Shown here piece after piece: positions 57,338 to 64,000 of a DNA stretch of 64,000 bases. Position numbers and translations under genes: made by a program. Below the pieces are notes generated by a model. That model was given only the letters and a program-made list of their open reading frames with translations. It had not been told where the DNA came from and made no database searches. Numbering within the stretch: the first letter of the stretch is position 1; every line of letters begins with the position of its first letter. This DNA comes from Bacillota bacterium (GTDB taxonomy: Bacteria; Bacillota_I; Bacilli_A; RF39; UBA660): contig SVAN01000003.1 in assembly GCA_015059375.1 (NCBI GenBank), forward strand, positions 27,211 to 91,210. Direction: 5' to 3'.

Positions 57338-58516
57338 ATGAAAAACGGAAAGATACCGAGATGTTTATTTGGAATATTAATACTAAGCATGATAATTGTA
57401 TTTTTGTATCCCAAAAATGCGAGAAAATATCTTAATTATGAAGGTACTATGCTTGCTATAACTCTTGATGGCGAATATATCGAAACGTTTCCTGATTCGA
57501 GTGGTAAATATAATGCTACTATTGAGTGCACAAACGGAGCAGTAGGAAAATACATACCAATTAAAATATATAATAATGGTGCTGAAACAGGTGAATATGA
57601 AATGAAGTTAAGAATTCAAAATCTTGATTCTAAAAAAGTGACGTGTGACGTCAACTTTATATCAATTACCGCTGAGAATCAAGATGATTATTTACTAATA
57701 AAGGAAGTACAAAGACTAAATCCCACTAATAACGATGGATATCGTTATCAAGGAAAGCAGCCAAAAAACTGGGTATGGTTTAATGATGAACTATGGCGAA
57801 TAATTGGAAGTGTACCTGTATGTACAAGTGCTACGATAGCAAGTGGAGCAACAAGCGGAACTTGTAACAAAAGAACTAACTTAGTTAAAATAATTCGAAA
57901 TGAATCATTAGGCGGACTAGCTTATCATAGTTCAAGTACCAATACTGTATGGGGAAGCGGAAATACCTTATATACCCTTTTAAATGAAAAATATCATGGA
58001 AAAGAAAATGCCACAGGAGCAAGCCCATGTTACGGATATCAAACTATGTTAGGAACATGTGATTACCGGATAAACGGGATATCAAAAAATGAAAATGATT
58101 ATTATAATAAAATGATTGAAAACGTATATATGAATGTCGGAACAGTAAGTAGTACATCAACATATATAGATGTAGCATATGATTTAGAAACAAACTTAGT
58201 AACAGAACCAACCACAATAGGACTTATGAACGTAAGCGATTATGGATATGCCGCATCGGGAATAACATATAGTAGTACAGATTTATCAAGTTTAAGTAGT
58301 TCAGTTGTTAATAACTGGTTATATGGAAATGGAAATGAATGGACAATGACGCCAATAAGTTCTAGTGACGTTATGAACGTGCACTATTACGGCTATGTTA
58401 GCAGCTACAGTGCGGACTACGGCAACGCAGGCAGGCCAATCTTGTATCTAGACTCTGGTGTATATATTCGGGGAGGAACTGGAACGATAACTAATCCATA
58501 TATCCTAGGGCTGTAA
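57338..58516 (+). CDS. Surface protein paralog (N-terminal anchor + small Cys-containing beta domain + one VRP...GGTGTITNPYILGL module)
   Basis: 392 aa. Strong AAGGAGG RBS. The C-terminal ~270 aa are nearly identical to module 2 of the upstream gene. Confidence 0.75.
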   Translation: MKNGKIPRCLFGILILSMIIVFLYPKNARKYLNYEGTMLAITLDGEYIETFPDSSGKYNATIECTNGAVGKYIPIKIYNNGAETGEYEMKLRIQNLDSKKVTCDVNFISITAENQDDYLLIKEVQRLNPTNNDGYRYQGKQPKNWVWFNDELWRIIGSVPVCTSATIASGATSGTCNKRTNLVKIIRNESLGGLAYHSSSTNTVWGSGNTLYTLLNEKYHGKENATGASPCYGYQTMLGTCDYRINGISKNENDYYNKMIENVYMNVGTVSSTSTYIDVAYDLETNLVTEPTTIGLMNVSDYGYAASGITYSSTDLSSLSSSVVNNWLYGNGNEWTMTPISSSDVMNVHYYGYVSSYSADYGNAGRPILYLDSGVYIRGGTGTITNPYILGL

Positions 58517-58554
58517 AATAAAAAGTGCCGCTGGTGCGTTTTTGCACCCGGCAC
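57695..58554 (+). repeat. Direct repeat copy B
   Basis: See copy A. The variable patch is at 58356-58431. Confidence 0.85.
58525..58554. terminator. GC-rich bidirectional terminator hairpin shared by the 57338 gene and def (a duplicate is at 57263-57292)
   Basis: gtgccg-ct-ggtgc gttttt gcacc-cggcac, flanked by an A-run upstream and a T-run downstream. Confidence 0.6.
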
Positions 58555-58561
58555 TCGATTT

Positions 58562-59122
58562 TTATATTTCGCGCATTTTATCTTTATTTTTAAATGGATT
58601 TTTTTTATCAATCTTATCGACAAATAAAATACCATTTAAGTGATCAATTTCGTGTTGGAAGGCAATGGCAATGTCTTCGCGAACACGAATTTTTTTATGG
58701 TTACCATCCATATCTTGATAATTTAATGTAATTCTAGCACATCTTGGAACAATGCCATCTACCGGTCTATTTACTGACAGGCAGCCTTCGCCTTCGCCAA
58801 CATAAATCATTTCTTCACTTTGGGACGTAATAACAGGATTAATAATAATATGTTCTTCGAACTTTCCAGTATCTTCATCTTTATTAGCGATAACAAAAAT
58901 TCTTTTAGGAATACCAAGTTGAATAAATGCAAGCCCCATACCGGGTCTTAAGTCATATTTTTCCGCTATTTCTTCATCTTGTGATAATTTTAAATAATTA
59001 ATTGCATCAAATATCGTTTGTTTTGTGGCATCCTCTAAAGGGAAGGTAACTTCTTTAGAGACTTTTCTAAGTATCTTATCTTTTTCATCTAATATTTTAA
59101 TATTTGGTAAATTCATATACAT
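58562..59122 (-). CDS. def: Peptide deformylase
   Basis: 186 aa. Motifs G.GLA..Q, EGCLS and HE.DHL.G. Confidence 0.95.
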   Translation of the reverse strand: MYMNLPNIKILDEKDKILRKVSKEVTFPLEDATKQTIFDAINYLKLSQDEEIAEKYDLRPGMGLAFIQLGIPKRIFVIANKDEDTGKFEEHIIINPVITSQSEEMIYVGEGEGCLSVNRPVDGIVPRCARITLNYQDMDGNHKKIRVREDIAIAFQHEIDHLNGILFVDKIDKKNPFKNKDKMREI

Positions 59123-59178
59123 CGTCCTTTTTCAGAAGTATTTTAACATATTTCCATTTAAAAAGGAAGCAAAGCTTC

Positions 59179-59370
59179 CTAGTTATTAAAACCTTGATTG
59201 TTATTGCCAAAGCCCCATGCCCCGATAATTATTACAAGTAGTATGAAAAGTACTATCCAAATAGCAGCACCAATTCCTGAACCAGCAGTATAACCGGCAT
59301 ATGTGCCGCCACAACAAGGAGCTCCGTAACCGCCACCACCATAGTAGCCGTTATTCCCATAATAATACAT
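59179..59370 (-). CDS. YjcZ-like Gly/Tyr-rich tiny membrane (sporulation) protein
   Basis: 63 aa. MYYYGNNGYYGGGGYG...IWIVLFILLVIIIG resembles the YjcZ family, which has a GGYGGGF..IVVLFILLIIVG core. Terminator hairpin at 59164-59180. Confidence 0.6.
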   Translation of the reverse strand: MYYYGNNGYYGGGGYGAPCCGGTYAGYTAGSGIGAAIWIVLFILLVIIIGAWGFGNNNQGFNN

Positions 59371-59496
59371 ATATTGTAACCTCCTTTATGTATCTATTAT
59401 AAGATATTAAACATTTTCATTTTTTGACACTACTAATTTATTAGTTCGTAGACTTTACTTATTTTGTTTGATACAATTCATAATGGAGGAAGACAC

Positions 59497-60648
59497 ATGA
59501 AGGATATAAAAAAGATTGATAAAACCCTTTTGATTTTGACAATTATTTATTCTATATTTGGTTTAATGATGATTTTATCTGCTTCGAGTGCTTCAACTAT
59601 TTTAAGGTATCATGTATCTTCGAATCACTTCTTTTTACGGCAATTAATTGTTTTAATTGCATCGTATATTGCTGGTTTTATTGTATTAATTATTCCTACG
59701 CGGAAATATAAAGGTATTTCTTATTTAGGTATTATGGGAATTTTGTTTTTACTTATTTTAGTCTTAGTTAAAGGTGAGATTACTAATAATGCCCAAAGTT
59801 GGTTTGAAATAGGCCCTTTTAATTTACAACCAAGTGAATTTGCTAAAACTGTTCTTATTTTATTTACAGCTGTTTTTTATCATAATTTGACTTATGCTAA
59901 TAAGAAAAACTTGTCTTTATATTTTATTCCTTTGTGTATTGATTTAATTATGGCCTTTTTAATTGCTAAACAACCAGACTGGGGTAGTGCTGCAATCTTA
60001 ATTGCAATTTCGGGACTGACTTTTTTTAGTGTGCCAATGATTAGAAAAAATATTGGTAAGGTGATGAAAATCGGTTTTGTTGGTATTATTTTAGTAGGAA
60101 CCGTTTTAATTTTTAAAGGTGGCGATATTTTTAGTAGTGAAAAACTAAGCCGATTTAATTTTCAGAATCCTTGTACTAGATATAAAGAAGATACAGGATA
60201 TCAAGTATGTAATGGTTTAATTGCTATATCTAATGGCGGATTATTTGGAACCGGACTTGGTCAAAGTACACAAAAATATATGTATTTACCAGAAAGTCAT
60301 ACAGACTTTATTTTCCCAATAATTTGTGAAGAGCTCGGAGCCTTAGTTGGTGTAGTTGTAATACTAGGTTACGGATTAATGTTAGCTCGAATGTTTAAAA
60401 TTGCAAAGAGTGCCGATAATCTTCGAACTAGTTTAATTGCTTATGGAGCCTTTTGGTATTTTGCCCTGCATATTCTTGTTAATTTGCTTGGTGTACTTGC
60501 TTTAATTCCTCTTACTGGCGTCCCCCTTCCGTTTTTATCATACGGAGGAAGTTATACTCTTAATGCAATACTAATGATTTTCTGCGTTGAAAGAGTAGCG
60601 ATTGAAAATAAAAAGAACAGGTTTAATCGTGAAATGGCTAAAATCTAG
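59497..60648 (+). CDS. FtsW/RodA/SpoVE family (SEDS) peptidoglycan polymerase
   Basis: Start moved to MKDIKKIDKTLL after a GGAGGA RBS. About 10 TM spans. Motifs: QPSEFAK, P..HTDFIF and LP..G.PLPF.SYGGS. Confidence 0.9.
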   Translation: MKDIKKIDKTLLILTIIYSIFGLMMILSASSASTILRYHVSSNHFFLRQLIVLIASYIAGFIVLIIPTRKYKGISYLGIMGILFLLILVLVKGEITNNAQSWFEIGPFNLQPSEFAKTVLILFTAVFYHNLTYANKKNLSLYFIPLCIDLIMAFLIAKQPDWGSAAILIAISGLTFFSVPMIRKNIGKVMKIGFVGIILVGTVLIFKGGDIFSSEKLSRFNFQNPCTRYKEDTGYQVCNGLIAISNGGLFGTGLGQSTQKYMYLPESHTDFIFPIICEELGALVGVVVILGYGLMLARMFKIAKSADNLRTSLIAYGAFWYFALHILVNLLGVLALIPLTGVPLPFLSYGGSYTLNAILMIFCVERVAIENKKNRFNREMAKI

Positions 60649-60763
60649 CAGTCTTAATATAGATTGCTTTTTTTATTTATTGAACATTTTTGGCAAAAAT
60701 GTTCAATGGAAGGTTATAAATTTATCTGATTTAGCTTAAATTAAAAACATATAATATTATAAT

Positions 60764-60780
60764 TGTTGAAAAAATCAACA
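60764..60780 (+). promoter_or_regulatory. Palindromic operator candidate in the promoter of the XRE gene
   Basis: TGTTGA-aaaaa-TCAACA perfect palindrome. It overlaps a possible -35 and lies 17 nt upstream of an extended -10-like TGTGATAAA. Confidence 0.4.
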
Positions 60781-60813
60781 TTTTGTGATAAAGTATAGTT
60801 CGAGGTGGGCGAG

Positions 60814-61125
60814 ATGAAAAAAAGTGGAGAAAGATTAAAAGCTGCTAGAGAATTTTTAGGTTTAACACAAGAACAAGTTGCATCAGCCTTACATATGACT
60901 AGAAACATGATTGTAAATATCGAAAACAATAATAGAACTATAAAATCAGATGAACTTTATAGATTTTCTAAATTATATGGAATCAGTATGGAAGAAATTG
61001 TTTCGGAAGAAAAAGAGGTAAATATGAATATACCAGCTTTTGCAAGAGGTTTTGAATCATTATCGGATAAAGATCAACAAGAGATTTTAAATTTGATAAA
61101 ATTTAAAATTAACTATAAAGGTTAG
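60814..61125 (+). CDS. XRE-family helix-turn-helix transcriptional regulator
   Basis: Start moved to MKKSGERLKAAREFLGLTQEQVA..L...R..I..IE.N.R, the classic Cro/C1 HTH. Confidence 0.85.
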   Translation: MKKSGERLKAAREFLGLTQEQVASALHMTRNMIVNIENNNRTIKSDELYRFSKLYGISMEEIVSEEKEVNMNIPAFARGFESLSDKDQQEILNLIKFKINYKG

Positions 61126-61127
61126 TA

Positions 61128-62480
61128 GTGTATTTTAATAATAGATCAAGAATAGCAGCTGAAAAAATTTTACAAACAATAAAAGAAGAAAAAGGAAAAA
61201 TAACTTATCCAATCGATCCTTTTGAAATATTAAGAAAGAATAATGTAGTGATTACATTTTCTGATTTTGATAAACTGGAAGGACTATTGTTATTTGATAA
61301 ACAGAAAGAATCTATCGTTTCAATAAACTTAAATAGACCTATAACTCGACAACGATTTACTGCAGCTCATGAATTAGGCCATATAATGCTTCATACAGAA
61401 ATTAATGGAGATAACTTTTTGTGCCCAATATTAGGGGCAAAGAATCATATTGAACGCGAAGCGGATGATTTTGCTTCCTATTTATTGATGCCAAATGATG
61501 AATTAAATAAAATTATAGATATGTATCAAAACCAAAATGGATTTGTTGACCTTGACGCCTGTTTATTAATAGCAGAGTATTTTGGTGTTAGTTTTGAATC
61601 ATGTGTAAAAACCATTAGATTTCGATTAAATAGATTAGTGCATCAGCTGAATAACACCGAATTAAATAAAATAATAAGAAAATATAAACCACAATCTAAA
61701 AGAAAGAAACTGTTTGAAAATACAAATGACTTAAATTTACTAAGAAATTCTATTAATTATAGTTATTTTTCTATTCCTAATGTTAATGAAATTGTAGGAA
61801 TTAGATTTATGCAAAATCTGGTTTATCATGATAATAGATTAGAAAATATTGACTTATCAATTGAAAAAGTTAACGAAATATATGCAGATTTCCGTATTAA
61901 TGGTAGCGGAAGCAAGTTTTGTACGGAAGAAAATCAAAATATTATTGAAGTGTTAGGAAATATTGAAATGAATAAATATTGTCTAGAAACCTCTGATGAT
62001 ATTACTATTTTCAAAATTAAAGATTTAAATAAATTATTATATAAATTCGTTCCTTACCCTGAATATACTGGAACTTTTAGGACTACTGACAATTTAATTT
62101 TGCGAGGTAAAATACAACCAATTAGTATATCGGAATTATTTAATAAGATAGAAGAATTAAATGAACTGGTTAATAAGTTAGTTGTAAATATTGATGAATA
62201 TGATATTTCTGATTATATTAGAGAAGTAGCCAATATTCATTATAAATTAACTGTATTGCATCCGTTTAATGATGGAAATGGGAGAATATCTCGTGCTTTT
62301 ATGAATTGGTTATTACGATTAAAAGGATTATGTCCAATTTATATCGATTCTGAAAACAGGGACGTATATTTGGACTCGTTGAGCAAAATAGATTCTGGTG
62401 ATGATACTACTGAATTACAAATTATAATAATTAAGTCAATTATTAAAACAATGGCTGAATTGCATAATTCTTGGAGGTAA
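61128..62480 (+). CDS. ImmA/IrrE (COG2856) metallopeptidase fused to a Fic (AMPylase) domain
   Basis: 450 aa. The N-terminal half has FTAAHELGHIMLH (HEXXH) plus EREADDFASYLLMP. The C-terminal half has the canonical Fic motif HPFNDGNGRISR, preceded by a candidate inhibitory-helix motif (DNRLEN). Starts 3 nt after the XRE gene. Confidence 0.8.
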   Translation: MYFNNRSRIAAEKILQTIKEEKGKITYPIDPFEILRKNNVVITFSDFDKLEGLLLFDKQKESIVSINLNRPITRQRFTAAHELGHIMLHTEINGDNFLCPILGAKNHIEREADDFASYLLMPNDELNKIIDMYQNQNGFVDLDACLLIAEYFGVSFESCVKTIRFRLNRLVHQLNNTELNKIIRKYKPQSKRKKLFENTNDLNLLRNSINYSYFSIPNVNEIVGIRFMQNLVYHDNRLENIDLSIEKVNEIYADFRINGSGSKFCTEENQNIIEVLGNIEMNKYCLETSDDITIFKIKDLNKLLYKFVPYPEYTGTFRTTDNLILRGKIQPISISELFNKIEELNELVNKLVVNIDEYDISDYIREVANIHYKLTVLHPFNDGNGRISRAFMNWLLRLKGLCPIYIDSENRDVYLDSLSKIDSGDDTTELQIIIIKSIIKTMAELHNSWR

Positions 62481-62596
62481 TGTTGATTTGTAATTTGATA
62501 GCAATACTGCTGGAATTATTGGAGACTAGAATTTTGATTGACAAGCTTTAACTAATCATGATATATTTATCTCCTGCCTAAAAATGAGGTGAAGTT

Positions 62597-63097
62597 ATGG
62601 AGGAAAAAATATCATATTACTTAGTACTGGAATTAAGACCTAAGGATTTTATGCCAGTAGATATTAACTTGCTTTTAAATAATAGTAAAAAATATAAAAC
62701 TTTAAGAGATATTGATGCGTTTACTAAAAATTATACTGAAGAAGAAATCAAAGAAATGATTAAAATAAGTAATAGTGTTCCAGAGAACTATTTAAATGGA
62801 AATCTTCAGATTATTAATGATTGTAAATATCGCTATTTAGTTCTTACTAAAGATATTAATTTTTCTATCGATACCTTTTTTGAAAACTATATCGATGATA
62901 AACTGGTAATGAATAAATTTATTAATATTTATAATAAGTATTGTTCTACAACCAAAGATGAGATGAAAAAACATTTAAATGAAAAGAATATAAATAATAT
63001 ATTACAATTGCTGTTTTCTAATTCCTATGAACAAGTAAGAAACATATATACATATTTATATGAAAATATATATAATGATAAAAACCATGTTTCGTAA
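62597..63097 (+). CDS. Hypothetical protein
   Basis: 166-aa ORF with a GAGGTGA RBS. No recognisable motif. Confidence 0.4.
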   Translation: MEEKISYYLVLELRPKDFMPVDINLLLNNSKKYKTLRDIDAFTKNYTEEEIKEMIKISNSVPENYLNGNLQIINDCKYRYLVLTKDINFSIDTFFENYIDDKLVMNKFINIYNKYCSTTKDEMKKHLNEKNINNILQLLFSNSYEQVRNIYTYLYENIYNDKNHVS

Positions 63098-63253
63098 TTA
63101 AGAGAAGCGTGGTTTTTATATGGGTAAAGGATAAATTGACAAAAACAAAGAAATGGTAATCTGAATAATTAGGATAAGACTTTATAAAGCAATCTTGTAA
63201 TGAATATCTTTCTGTAGAAATCAAAATGGAACTTAGTGGCATTTTTTAGTGCC

Positions 63254-63302
63254 TGAAAAAAGGAAATGGAGGGTGTAGTAGGTAATATATAGTATAGGAG
63301 GA
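63254..63302 (+). repeat. About 50-nt leader-like element, copy B (see 19576-19630)
   Basis: The core GTAGTAGGTAATATATAG at 63275-63292 is identical to 19598-19615, and the flanks are similar. Confidence 0.6.
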
Positions 63303-63315
63303 CTAAAAAAATATA

Positions 63316-63616
63316 ATGAAAGGAAGTTATCCTAATCAAAATCTTTGGGGTGTTGAAATCACCACCCCAATAAATAGTGGTAGGGGTAAAATTGAAATGG
63401 TAAAAGATAATAAATTATCAAGATATGCCTGTTATGTAATAGCACAAAATGGTGATTCACGAAAACGAGTTATAGCTTTAGCTCAAACTTATTTTGCAAT
63501 TCAAACCAAAAAATAGGAACTCAGCAAAAAAACTCGGAGGAACGATGTCTGAAGATCTTCGGACGCCAGAAAAGAGTCTAAAAGAATTAGAAAAAGAAAA
63601 TAAACAATTAAAATAA
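63316..63616 (+). pseudogene. dinD: DNA-damage-inducible protein D (DinD)-like pseudogene
   Basis: [34 protein letters not shown] matches the conserved DinD core ([26 protein letters not shown]). It is then interrupted by an in-frame TAG at 63514. The DinD C-terminal tail (EDLRTPEKSLKELEKE) reappears in another frame at 63545-63616. The N-terminal and central parts are missing. Confidence 0.65.
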
Positions 63617-63725
63617 TTGATTATGTGAGTTTGTCTAGCTAAAGAGCGTATCAAGTACGTTTTTTTATATTGATTATATTTGAAATTGTTTATATAATAT
63701 TATTATAGGGTAGGTAAGAAGAAAA

Positions 63726-64000
63726 ATGAAAAGAGGAAAAGAAATCGATAAAGACGGATTAAATGAACTTATTCATTTATCTAAAAATTTATTAAGAGTT
63801 GTATATGTCATTGTGATAGTTGGCATATTTTTATGTGGGTTATTAGTTTTGGATCGCCTTAAATTATTTGGCTTTATTATTGGCGCCTTAAAAGTCATTT
63901 CACCGTTTTTTATTGGTTTTATTATAGCTTGGCTTTTTTATCCGCTTCATCGGAAATTAATAGATAAAGGGTTTCATAAAGTAGCTAGTGCTTTATTAAT
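63726..64000 (+). CDS. AI-2E family transporter (PerM/YtvI-like), 5' part only
   Basis: MKRGKE... followed by two TM spans and ISPFFIGFIIAWLFYPLHRKL, the conserved AI-2E N-terminal pattern. Runs off the window. Confidence 0.6.
   Translation, partial: MKRGKEIDKDGLNELIHLSKNLLRVVYVIVIVGIFLCGLLVLDRLKLFGFIIGALKVISPFFIGFIIAWLFYPLHRKLIDKGFHKVASALL

Noticed and set aside
60680-60706. A perfect 12-bp inverted repeat (ttgaacattttt-ggc-aaaaatgttcaa) after ftsW, considered as a mobile-element end or att site.
   Set aside because: I found no matching repeat at the other side of the islet (about 63620-63720). It may simply be a second terminator-like hairpin. It is mentioned as context only.
1-64000. Search for CRISPR arrays, rRNA/tRNA genes, transposases, integrases and reverse transcriptases.
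   Set aside because: I saw no regularly spaced direct repeats, no tRNA-like or rRNA-like segments in the intergenic regions I read, and no ORF with DDE, tyrosine/serine recombinase or YxDD RT signatures. The scan was by eye only, so short or degenerate elements could have been missed.

Overview
This is a 64-kb chromosomal window from a very AT-rich, endospore-forming Bacillota genome. GC is roughly 30% by eye. The genetic code is standard and TGA is used as a stop. Gene content and synteny look Erysipelotrichia/Clostridia-like, but I cannot confirm taxonomy without a search. All calls come from reading the translations and the DNA; no homology search was run.

Most of the window is core genome:
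- Translation and RNA: rpsP-khpA, rpsO-pnp, an L21-leader-rplU-prp-rpmA operon, obg, def, mtaB and an RlmCD-type methyltransferase.
- DNA metabolism: ruvAB and recD2.
- A tightly packed thymidylate-cycle operon, folD-glyA-thyA-folA-tmk.
- Metabolism: ldh and two flavoproteins.
- Cell shape and division: mreC/mreD-like genes and an FtsW/RodA-family gene.
- A rich sporulation/germination set: cotE, an intact sigK, a gerA-type A-C-B operon, cotJ(A)B-cotJC, spoIVFA-like/spoIVFB, and a YjcZ-like peptide.

I saw no rRNA, tRNA, CRISPR array, transposase or integrase.

Accessory content worth attention:
1. A family of predicted surface proteins. Each has a TasA/camelysin-like N-terminus with a SipW-type signal, and a C-terminal module ending VRPxxYL...G-GT---PY-L. 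Members start at 31502, 49306, 54771 and 57338. The family includes a 0.86-kb tandem duplication whose two copies differ mainly in a 76-nt GC-rich hypervariable patch at the extreme C-terminus. This looks like a DGR variable repeat, but no reverse transcriptase or template repeat is in the window.
2. An RpfC/RpfG-like His-Asp-His-Asp phosphorelay (Hpt, PAS-REC-HD-GYP-like regulator, multi-TM hybrid kinase) immediately upstream of that cluster.
3. A T17 homopolymer that fills the 17-bp spacer of a promoter in front of a lipoprotein gene, a phase-variation candidate.
4. A 733-aa membrane-anchored protein with about 16 CPxGYTxxGNxCY cysteine-pair repeats.
5. A 1617-aa Big_2/dockerin protein plus a small membrane-anchored partner, inserted between rpmA and obg.
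6. An XRE / ImmA(IrrE)-Fic fusion module in a small degenerate islet that also carries a dinD pseudogene.

Many ORF-track starts use the most upstream ATG/GTG/TTG. I moved several starts to the site with a visible RBS.
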